This document shows, piece after piece, positions 24,405-36,700 of a stretch of 64,000 nt of DNA. Below the pieces are notes generated by a model that searched no databases, had not been told where the DNA came from, and saw only the letters and a program-made list of their open reading frames with translations. How positions within the stretch are numbered: position 1 is the stretch's first letter; the number at the start of each line of letters is the position of its first letter. Origin of the DNA: Phoronis australis (taxonomy: Eukaryota > Animalia > Phoronida); assembly GCA_002633005.1 (NCBI GenBank), contig NMRA01000171.1, forward strand, positions 1 to 64,000. Direction: 5' to 3'. Position numbers and translations under genes: made by a program.

Positions 24405-24575
24405 TCTTCTATGTAGCACTGTTTCCAAAGATATTATACTTTACCTTATATACTAGGCTTGGGACGACGACTGTTGACCCGACTCAGCACGGCATGCTAA
24501 CCTTGCATACTGCGTCCTCTTCAGAACTTGAGCGTAACTAATGTTCCACCTGGCGGTCGTGTGGTAAAGCCAAGG

Positions 24576-24741
24576 ATGGATGGACTTCGTCGTCGTTTAC
24601 AACCAAGTCCAACAAAAAGCGACAGAGAATCACCACCTGTCCACGAAGGAAATGAAGAGAAAGCGGAAATGCCCGTGGTGAAACCTGGAACGTATTGGCT
24701 AACTCGTATCGTTCTCCTTCGATACTTAGCATTTATTTATT
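24576..24741 (+). CDS. LMF1: LMF1 exon 1
   Basis: ATG 24576, GTYWLTRIVLLRYLAFIY, donor T|gtgagt. Confidence 0.88.
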
Positions 24742-27700
24742 GTGAGTCCAAGCCCAAGGTCTTGTCCCGATCACGTCTCTCTGTCACTGCTCGTGACATC
24801 AGACACGTAACTGTCTGTACAGTAGCCTACTGTCACCAACTGATTCGTCCGAATCCGTTCGGTGGCATGTTGGATGGGTGAAGGTTGCTTTTGAACCATC
24901 ATTGTTCAGACCTAATCATGGTCATCCATGTTACTCTCTGTAACTCGGGGATAATCGGGATTTATTTTTTGTACATTCCTGCACTCCTGCAGTATCAGAA
25001 GGGATTCATTGCTCAGTAGGCCTACCTAGTAATTCATGGCTTGCTTCTCTCACTCTAAGACAGCAGAGCCAGAAAGAGGCAGCCCTCCTTGTGACAGTCA
25101 GTTGAACTGTATCAGACAGCGGATCACGACCAGAGCAGGTGATCTGATGGTGCACTTATTGTGTTTGAATTTGAAATTACCCTTTATCCCAGATTGTCTA
25201 TGTATGAACTTGGTTAAGTTCACTAAATTAATCACACTCACATTCATAAAAGATTGCTTTACACTGCAGCAAATGACATGGTATTAAAATAATTAAAAAT
25301 CTAACCAATCTTGCTTTTTTCAATTGTTGTCAATGTTATTCACCGTACAATTCTATATAATACCTTGGTCGTCGATTTTATCCTCATTCTCAGTCATGAA
25401 GGAAGGTTACTGTGACGATGAATTCGGTTGAATTCAGTTTTTGCGCAACCACCGTGACGATGTATTCTGGGCAGGTCCGGGTTTGTCGGAATACTTTTTG
25501 TTTGCACTGTTGCTGGCTAGGGATGAGATTTCCCCATTTGCAGAGCAGTGGTCATTCAGATGGGGCTTGGTTATGAAATCTTCTCGACAACCATGGTGAG
25601 AAAGGTGTAAGAGTAGACATCAAGGACTTTCTATACTTACAGTACACACCAAAAGTATTCAGACAAAAATGACCCAGAATTCCCGGTCATGACGTCTGAG
25701 TGAAAGCTGAACTTTGGCCAGAATAGTCCTCACTCACAAGCTCACAATGAAGAGGATTTAATGAGGAAGCTGGAAAGATGGCTATTAAGTCATTCTATAA
25801 TTAGAATTTTGCCTCTATAATAGTCACTACCTGTCATTTTTGCTGTAAACATGATTCCCCGTAATCACAGGGAAATGGTATTTTATCTGATTCTCTAGTT
25901 TGTCGTAGTTTACAAGTACCTGTTGGCTGCTGGATCATAAAATTATTGTTCGGTAATAGCCATTTATAGGGGTACCAGCTTTTGAGAACCAGTTTGATGC
26001 CGTTATTCAGTGGAGAAAACTGGTTATCAAAATGTGGGACATATGGAAATGACTGATACCTACATGTCTTCAATTGCATGACCTGACCGGGTAATTTGCA
26101 AGCAGCCAGGTTAATATACTTTTCTACTTTCACGATTTCATGATGAAGATCCTTTTACAGTGTTGAAGTCTGCTGATACCAACTCTACTTATTTTACAGT
26201 TGTTGCTTTCCTGGTTGGCTTGCATCAAAATGAGGCTCTAATTGGAAGTAATGGTCTCCTTCCTGCACAGACGCATATGAGTGCCATCAGGTCACATGCA
26301 GGTACAACTCGTGAACTCATTTTTTCAAGAAAACTAGATGTCACTTTTTGAAGCAAGATATAAGTTTGTTTTAAAAAACTTTAGACAACTTTGTGTTTTC
26401 GACAATTTTTTATGTACCTGCATATATGTGTAGGTGGTTGCATAGGGTTGTCACTCTGTCCGGGTGTCTGCTTCGTATCTCAAAAAACCCTGGTCAGGTT
26501 TTGATGAAATTTGGAACATGGGAGTAGGACATGGCTAGAACAGTTCATGCCACTTTTCAAGCTGTCTTGCCCCTTGGGGTAAGCGGGGTGTTGCCGGGTT
26601 TTTCAGTATTTTTAGAGGAAGAACATTTCTTGATGATATCTAAAGATTCGATCGACAGATTTCAGTGAAACTTAACACAGAATTATCTGATGTCACCGCG
26701 CCAGCACTATTAAATGTTTGGTGTAATTTGACTACTGCAGCGCCTCCTAGTGGCCATTTTGTTCTTGACAAGAGGCTTTTCAAAGTGTTTTTGGTCAAGG
26801 AGCATTTCCGAATAACTTCTTGAGAACTGATAAACAGATTTTAAGGAACTTGATGCAGAGGTATATGATGTCAATGTTCTGGAACTGTTGAATTTTCGGG
26901 CAGGTTTGACCACTGCAGTACATTTCGTTCTCAACTGGGGCCTTTCCAAGTGTTGTTTGAGAGAAGAAAGTTTTCAGATGAAATCTAGAGAACCGGCTGC
27001 CGAATTTCTGTGAAACTTGACGCATACGTATATGATGTCAGTGTGCCAGCCCCTTCAATTTTTTGTTAATTTTATTACTGCAGCAGCTCGGGAGTGGCTA
27101 TTTCGGTGAAGAGCCTGTTGTGGATGATATCTAAAGAACCAATTGAGGAATTTCAAAAGTCCATCCTAACATTGTTTACAAGACATAACATAAAGGAAAT
27201 TTTTTCAGATTTTTTATCTTGAACAACAAAGATATCAGCCTTCAGAAACATACTTTGGATGGGGTGCTGCTTGAAAAGGGAGTTTGATGGCTGTTATCTC
27301 TGATGTTTAAATTTATTAAAAATTTGAGACACGCTTCCTGTTCTTGGAGGATTCAGAAAAGGTACTTTTTTGGGTCAAAAATGGAATGTTAACATGTTGT
27401 GAGGTGAAATGTGCAAAGAATATGCCAAGGTTGACAATTACTTGCTTTACTTAGTGCTCCTGAGGCTGAACTCGTTACAAAAAATGGCCGTAGTATTGAG
27501 AGGTTAAACTCCAGTCTGCAGTGTCTTAGTAATGACATTTACGCGTTCCCGTACTGAAATTATTGCTGTGCATACAAACAAACGCATTCCTTTTTAGAAA
27601 TATCAGGTAGCAAAGAACTATGAACAAATTTATCTAGTATTTTCAACTGCATTTCGTACTTCTTGGTATTGAGGAAACTACTTCTTCAATAATATAGTTA

Positions 27701-30700
27701 CAAAACACTTGCCAAGAGTGAGTAGCTTAGTAAATGAATTGAATCTGTGTTGCGTATTTTCCAGGTAACAGCTCCAAAGACCTGTTCAGTTTTGCCCCCA
27801 CACTTCTTTGGCTATTTGACTTCGAACAAAATCTGAACTGGTTACTAAACTGTTTGGCTTTCACTGGGCTGGCTCTTTCTGCATTCGTCATGCTGTTTGG
27901 ATGTGCTAATATGGTTGTCATGGCAACACTTTGGATACTTTATCATTCCATTGTCAATGTTGGACAGAGATGGTGAGGATTTTTTGATGAGTGAATACGC
28001 CACTGGTGACATAACGTTTGTGTAACGACTGGAAATTTTTGAATTTAGCAATTTCAATCATTTGTGTTTTAAATGCATTAAAAATCTTATTCACCAAAAC
28101 TGGAGTAACAAAGTTTTGGCTCATGACATACTTTATGTTTTTGTGACCATTTCCAAAGCACAATTCTGTGCTTTGTTTGCTTGGGAATGTGTGCCTCATG
28201 TTCTTCTTACAAAGGCAACATACTCAAGTCTTTTTGATTATGAAAAAGAGCTGTCAAATCTGTATCGAAATTTTGTTTATTCACACCTGTGTTTTACATT
28301 TTAGGTACGGCTTTGGTGAGTATGCATGCATTATGTATGGTTGAAATCAAGAACACTTTGAAGTGTAAGTTCATACTTACTGATAACAAAATATAAGACA
28401 ACCTTTAATAGTCAGTCTAAGGTTTATTGTCTATTGTTGGTGTTCACACACCATTATTTTTGTGGTGTGTAAGCTACAGACTGGTTGTTAAGCAGTCACA
28501 AATTAGGGGCATTATATGGCAAACAAATGGAGCATTATTCTGCAAAATTTTTATACAAAAAAGTGCTGATGAAAGCAGTCACTGCGGAATTTTTTTATTA
28601 TTTGCTGCAATACAGTCAACGTCTAGAAATTGGAAAAAAAGAAATTTGGTGACTTTTTGTGAAAAACTTGACTTACCTTTATTTAGTCCTACTAGTTCAA
28701 ATACCAGCTACTAACATGAACATGTCTGCTTCACCTTAAAGGATAAATCAACCCTTTTTGTTGTTACCTTTTCTAGAATAATCTTGAAGAGATATTTTTC
28801 TGTGTTATTTCCTGTGCCCAGTTGCATGAAACAGTCCTACATAGGGGCTCAACTAAGTTTTCTAAATCTTTTTCGTATTTCTTTCATTCTTTAAGCACAG
28901 ATGTAATGTTTTTCTATTTTTGTCTTTGTTATGAGCTCTTCTTTGACTAATGGCATTTTCAAATAATATAACTTAAAACTGCTCCCTTAATTTTATTAAA
29001 ATAATTAGGGACTTTAAATTGGGCGTGTTGCATGTAAAGATCCCTACTTCTTTTCAATATTATTGGGAATTCAGTGTAGAGTTCACTCTCGATTTGTATC
29101 AAAGCCAAAAATTGGCATAGTAATGATACTCAGACAGCGTAAGATAAGACAGTCAGTGTTTCCACAAGCCCGCAAATACACAGAAGATTTAGGGAACTTA
29201 GCCGAGTCCCTATTTGGGACTGTTTCGTGCATCCGGGCTTTGCTGTCCTGGTGGGTAGTTACTGACTGTAAACGGCAAGGCAAGTGACTGATATTCATTT
29301 CTATTGAGCAAATACAAATGGCCAACACAGATTGTGATCAATAGCGGGTCTGACATTGTGCGCACTCAATAGAAGTTAAGTGTGTAGAACATAGATACAG
29401 GCCTTTTGAGGGTCTGTTTTCCTTACTATCTGTTTTTATGTGAATAGGATTAAGACGTGCCAGGGGTTCATTCTGAATTTCAAAAATCAGGTGTCCAAAA
29501 CGGGTCCCTCGATTTCTCAAGGCTTCTATGAACAATAATGCATGATAGCATTTTTATGACCCCAAGTCAAATTGCTGGTATAGTGTAGAGACACGGTTCC
29601 GCAATAAAGGTTTTCATATCATATATCATTTCTACACCAACTTTTTCATATTTACTCCTGTCAAGTTAAAAAAAGACGTTTATTTGTTTACTTTAATAGG
29701 TCTTCCAACTGCTGAACGACCTTGCTAGGATGTCTGAATTTAAGTCAGGGTGTCCATTTGGATGCCCTGAACACCTTGTTGAAAGCTTGAAGACACGTCA
29801 GTGGAACAGTAGTTGATTGTCTGCATTTTCAGTGAGGTTACATTAAAGGCAGTTGATCTAACTTTGTGTTGTTTTAGGTTGGGAATCACAGCTGCTAGAG
29901 TCTGGCTTCCTAGCTATATTTCTGTGTCCAGTGCTTTCATTTCGCCGTGTTCCTCCAAAAACAGCTACACCCTGGGTGGTCATATGGGGCTACAGGTGGC
30001 TAATATTCAGGATAATGTTCGGAGCTGTGAGTGGAACAACACATAGTTTGGCTGTGCTAAATTTTGTAATGATTTTCTATCTCACTTTAAAGTCTATCGT
30101 ATCATACGGTTCAATCTCATCAATTTAGGGTACAATATGGTGGACATTTGAAATTTAATTTCCCAATTTTTTCATAAATGATATGTAGCATCAAATTAAT
30201 TCATACCATATTAAAATTCTGCACCACAGTTACCGTCAGAAAATATTTTGAAAATTGTGGGCATTCACAACAATGTTAGAGGATTCTGAAAATGAAATCA
30301 CAGTAATTTTGGCAATAATTTTAGTCCGAAATTGGAAAGATTTTAGCGTGTATACAATTATATCAGTGAGGTTATATTTGGAAATAAAATGTAGCATTGT
30401 GGATTGTGTATAATTTTGTGAACAGTACGTACTTACTACTACTTGTAAGGTTTTACCAAATGTGCAATACACAATATTGATCAAAATGTGGTTGTGCCAT
30501 TGTTCAAGTCGGCATGTTGATTTGTCTTCCATTCCATCCGAGTTGTGGGAGTTATCAGTTATGAATATTCTTCATTTAAAATTACATTCCACGATTTAGT
30601 TGGCAAAAATTAATAATCAACTTAGGCATTTTACTCTAAAAATCAGTCTCACAATATTCCTTTTGCCGTGATAAAATTGTATTTGTGATGCCAACTCGAA

Positions 30701-33700
30701 TCATCAACGGGTCAAGAAAACGTTTCAGAGTTTATTAGGATTGGCCAACTCTAGATCAAGAAAGCACTTCAGAGTTTATTGGAGTTAGCCAACCCTAAAA
30801 TTGCCAATTCGAAAATGGCACTTTACCTGTGGCTTGAGTTTCTCAATGAAATGAAATCAAATCATGATAAGTAATATTGCGAGGCTGATTTTCATGAGAG
30901 TAAAAGGCATATATTGGATTTTGGCATTTTAGCCAGTAAAACGGAATGAAATGCAGCCTTATTTAATGTAATAACCATCAGCAAATATCTACAAACCAAG
31001 TTCAATTATGTAGCTATCCTCCTTCATCAACTAATATCTACTCCCAGGTTCAATTATGTAGCCATTCTCCTCCATCAGCTAATATCTACAGCCCAAGTTC
31101 AATTATGTAGCCATCCTCTTGCCATAAGATTGGTAGTCATATTGATATCACTTCTGATCCGAGTAAAATGGAATTTTAGGCCACTTGTATTGCTGTTAGT
31201 GGTCCGATTCAAAGGTTATGTTTTTGAAATTGAAAGTTGACCGCAAAATCATGTGCATTTTTTGATTTCTGATTCCACCTGTTTTGATAGATATGAATCT
31301 ACGCTATTATTGCTTTCAAATTCTTATTGACAGGGCTTGATCAAGATACGGGGAGACCAGTGCTGGTTGGACTTAACATGTATGCATTATCATTATCAGG
31401 TTTGTTTTCATTTGAACTATCATCACTGCACATTGTTTTGGACTCTTCCTAGTGACGGCATCATGGTTTTTTAGGACCCACACTCAGCATTCATAATGTG
31501 CAAGAGCTTTTAATTCCGTGGAAAGGATTTTATCTGACCTTTGCATGGAGTTTCTTGCACTTTTTGGGCTTAACTCCTATCACTAGATTTTTCATAATGC
31601 ACATTTTAGAAAAAATTGAGCATATTATAGACTGCTTTTTATCATCCTACAATTTTAGCTATAATTGTTTTGTGTTTATACTGCAGTAAGTTACACTAAC
31701 TTTTAATATTAAAATTAATCCAAAAAATTGTCAAGGTTCTCATTGGTAACTGAGCTTGCAAAGACCAGGTAGTTCATTGTAACTTGAGAACAGGCTTGGT
31801 GTCATGGCAGGTTGTTTTATGTGCTAAGCATGGTATCAAGCAATAAGAAAATGACACATCTTTCCAATCTCAATAAATCTCTTACCTACTGAGTTAGGGA
31901 GAGGTTGAGTTATGTTTTATAACAGTATGGCGTGTTTGAAATAATATTTTCTTTTATAGAAGGAGGTTTTATAGCAATGTTTCATATTTGGCAGAACCTC
32001 AGTTTACTCCTGCAGATAAATCCGATTGCATTGGGTCCATGGTCTAATCTGATTATTCAAAATTGAACTTGCACTTATTTTTGACATTTTCTTGCTCCTT
32101 TTTGTTGGAACTCAAGCTAAATGTCTTTTATTCTGTGCGTGAGTCTATTATAGTTATGCAGATGACAGTCTGACTCAATCTCATACCTAGATTCAAGCTA
32201 GGAACTTGCTTAAAAACTTGGCATTTCAGTAAAAACTTCAGGATTTGAATTAAGTATAAAGCTTCAAGTATAAAGCTTTATGCTAGTCTCATTCTTAGTG
32301 AAATACACAAGTCACATATTCATAAGTCTAAACTTGTTTTCTTTCAGACTCAACCTGTACCTAATCCCATCAGTTACTACTTACATCAGTCACCAGACTG
32401 GTTCCACAAGTTTGAGACGTTAACGAATCATTTTGTAGAGTTACCTGCTCCGTTTCTTCTGTTGCTCACTAGGAGGTGCCGCATGCTTGGTGGAGCTATA
32501 CAAATAATGTTCCAGGTAATGTTTACAGCTAACCCGGCATGAGATCCGAATAGGCAAAAAACTCATGAAAATGCAAGACTGCGAAACACCGTTATGCATT
32601 ACGAGTGAAACATTTTGGACTGGGATATTCAAAACCCATAGGGGTTAGAAAAACATTTATCTTCGTTTCCATGACCCTTTTCTTAAGCTGTGTTCACTTA
32701 CACAGGCCAACTGGGACAGTTGTACTATGAAGAGCAGCATTCACTTAGAACTACTTTCACTCACCTTGCATGTCAATTTCCAAAAGCCAATTGTATGTGA
32801 ACCACACTGATAATTTACAACCATCAGCAAAATTCTAAACCACTAGGCAGACTAGTTTACCCCTTCCAAGCTTGAACTGAGCAAGTGATCGTAGTAGCTT
32901 TCTTAGCTAGATTCTTGCATCTATGAAACTACCCTGGTTGCTTTGTTAAGTGGAACATTTGTAACAGAACTCAGTGTGGCCTACCTATTTTCTGTTGTTC
33001 CTAGAGAAGTATTCAAAACAGGTGCTGAACGATTGATGAAAAATTTGTCTTTCTCACAAAGTCCCTTCAAGTTGATTTCTCCTGGTCTTTCAATTTCGTA
33101 CCAAAGTTGCTGTCATTTGTGAAAATCTGCTCCGCCCACCTATGGTCAGTACCTGTTCAGCAGTGAATATAGCTCTCAGAGATTGCCAAGTCTTATACAC
33201 AGATGTGAAGCTGCAAAAGCCTCCGGTCATAAGCTCTCTGGCAGTCATTACCATCTGTTGGCGAAGAGCTTGACTTCAGTGCTAGTTTGAGAGATCAGGA
33301 CAATTTGAATTGTTTTGAGAAAAAGAAGAATCTTTGAGGTTTGTTGAACACTTGTTTTGTATATATGTGAGTGATCTCGATACCGCTAAAGAATGCAGTG
33401 AAATTCGAGTCGGGGAGTGCTTCATGAAGAAAAGACTGAGGAAAACCTATAGTTGTGGTTGTGGCAATAGTTACTTACAGGGGTCCCAGATTTTAAGAAC
33501 CAGTTTGATGCTTGTAATTTAGTGGAGGAAACTGGTTCTTAAAATGCGTGACCCCTATAAGTGGCCACTACCGTTGTTGTTTTGTTGTCAACAGGTTGTG
33601 CTCATCATCAGCGGCAATCTCAGCTTCCTCAACTGGCTCACTATACTACCTAGTCTGGCCTGTTTTGACGACGCAGCTCTTGCGTGGATGTTTTCATCAA

Positions 33701-36700
33701 AAAGAGGCTCTGCAAAACATCAAGTGGTTGAGATCCAAAGGCTGGACATCTGTGTGCAGAGGTCAACACGTGGTGGGTAGGAGGAGAATACGTGGCACAA
33801 TATCCACTAGGTGGTGCTAATGAATTCAGGTCCTGTCTTTGACATCTAAATAGATTGAGAACAGAAAGCAGTTCATCAGCTTGGGGTGCATTCATGTGAT
33901 GAGGAACCCTTGCTTGTCTTGCGACGCCTTGTGGATTTCCTGTACCCCATGGGGTTTTCTTATAATGATGATGCCATTTTATTGTGTTTGAAGTCCATAC
34001 AATCTCATTGTCTTATAGTAAAACCTCACCAAACATTTTAGTCTCTTATGTTTTCAGATACACATCAAAATAATGCTATGCCACATTCAAGTTCTGTACC
34101 ATCCCTACCTACGACAAAATTTTAAAAAATTTTGGGCATTCACGCGAATGTTAGAAGCCCTCGTAAAAAGTGTTATTTTGGCAATTGTTTTGTGGAAAAC
34201 TGTTGTCAGAGATTTTCTCATAGGTGACTAAATAGGTTTTTAAAAATTTTTTGTTGTTATTTAGTAACATAGAAGTCTTTAGAAATCTTGTATTTCTTCA
34301 CTTCCTGTAGATGCTGTTCTCTACATTTCACTGGAAAGTCACTTATTTTCCAGCTAGGTCCTCTTTTCACCAGCTGCTGTTCACGTACATGAGACCTTAC
34401 AGTAAAGCAAGTGTCTCTATTGCAGGCCAATACATCCGCCGTGTGTCCAACTGGGGCCTGGCTGCTCTACTGGTCTACCTCAGTGTCCCTGTAGTGCACA
34501 ACCTGTTATCTCCTAAACAAGCTATGAATACCTCATTTGAACCCCTCCGGATACTTAACACGTATGGTGCTTTTGGAAGGTGAGAGTCAAGTGAACAGTT
34601 CACCTATCTGAAATTCACTGTAATGGACTTTGTTTTACAATTAAAGGGATACTAAACCCAGTTTGGGTCTAATAGTAGATACTAACTACAACTTTCCCAC
34701 CCATTTCAAGATTTTCAAGATTTACTGACAACTGATCTTTTGTTGACTCATTGTTTCTTGGTTTCATGTCTATTAACCTCCCCCCCCATTGTAGGCCTTG
34801 GTTTTTGTTTGATTGAAATGAGATTTGCACGTACCATATATCTTGTCTGTGGCTGGAGGCCTATTGCTTTCGATTGATATCGAATGCAAGGTGGGAGCCA
34901 TTTTTGGGGTCCTTTGACGGATATTTCTGATTCTTGTTATATAAATAGATCTCTGATGTATGCTTTCTGCTTCTCATTTTATCTTCATCATACCAGCACT
35001 ACCTTGGGGCCCTTTCAGAAACTTAGGCATGCTTTGGCCACATGACTAAGTCCTTTTCACTTACCTCCTAGCCTGAAGAGTAAATAAGTTCCGGGTCATA
35101 ACTCGAACAGTTATTTCCTATGTGAGGGAAAATGTGCTAGGCATGTTTTGATGTCATGTAGAAGATGTTCACATGTGTGGTCTTGTCCAGTGAGCTGCAT
35201 GGGGATGACTGACGACCAGCACAATGAAAATGGAATACTTTAATTTTTGTTTTGTTAGTTTTGTAGAGTTTATAGCTCAGTATGTGGTATAAATAGATTT
35301 TAACATGTCCTTGAGAATTATTTGCTGTATCTAGACTCCCCGAGTAGGATTTAGAGAAATTATCACTCGAGGGATGCCAGCCTCGTCGTATCAGGTATCC
35401 TGAATAGTGCTTCATTCTTTTTTTTCTTTATTCAGTGTAACAAAAGAGAGGACTGAGGTTATATTCCAAGGAACACTGAGCGACAAGCCATTGGACCCTG
35501 GTGCAATCTGGCAGGAGTATCAGTTCAAGTGTAAACCAGGGGATGTCAGTCGGCGGCCATGTTTGATCTCACCATATCACTACAGACTTGATTGGTTGAT
35601 GTGGTTTGCAGCATTTCAAGTGAGCAGCTACATGTGTAGTGCTATAAGCCCTAACTCAACTGCAGAATTAAACATAACATGCTCTAATGTAATTTAAGAT
35701 GGAGTTAAGTGGGAGTGCCAAATTTTGAGGCACACCTATTTTTAAAGAGGTCATCACAACAAAAATGACCAGACTGTGACTATAGGTTACTTGTTTTGTT
35801 TATATCCGTGGTGTACTGAATTTCATGACTTGTGACCAAATGATGACCTCTGGCTTGCTTCATTTGACCAGCTGTGACCAAGTTTGCTGGCCAGTTATTT
35901 ATTTCAATACTGGATTCCAAGTTTGAACTTGTGATTGGCTTGATTAGTTATCAATCATGTTGCTCTGTACAGTTGAGTAATAGTGACCAAGGTTAAAGAA
36001 TATTGTTTAAGCTTGGCTTTAGTGTTTGATTATTACTGAATAATGGTTGCCAGCAGTGGTTAATCGGTTTAATTATTTTAATGATTTATGTGTCTTATTT
36101 TTCCAGAATTATCAATACAATCCTTGGTTAGTGCATCTGGCAGCAAAGTTTCTTGTGAATGATCCAGCTACAATGTCACTTATTTCAACTAATCCTTTTG
36201 AAGGCAAAAGTCCTCCCAAGTAAGTTAACGTGCTGTCTATAACTGTCAGTGAATTATTAAGTATTCTGTAAATATCAGGTGCCTAGGGGGTCCTAACTAT
36301 GCTAATGTATAGCCTAAACTAAACAACAGTGTTATTTTAACATAATCTACACTAAACAAAGTGCAGCTGTATTCACTGACAACTTGTAAATGTGAAAACA
36401 AAAAATTCTATAGGTAGGTGACCTTTGCACTAATGACGTACCTGGGGGGCTCACATAGCCTGCCGGCATTATGCAGTGTTATTGCCCAGCACCATGTCAC
36501 GATACTTACTGGACATGGTTCAATGATTTGTGGCGGGTCATTTTTGACACAAAACTCGTTCTTAAAAACATTTGGTATTTTTCAACTGACTTCATTTTCA
36601 CATTGTTGCTATGTGTTGTGGTTCTGACTAATTTGGCCTAGCAATCACAGAGATAAAGAATTAGCTTGCAAGTTCCACTTTAAAGCAAAAGCCACATAAT

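Noticed and set aside
28736-35760. Further Kolobok-type ends (ttaaagg at 28736 and 34641, ttaaaga at 35742)
   Set aside because: No matching inverted partner found by eye
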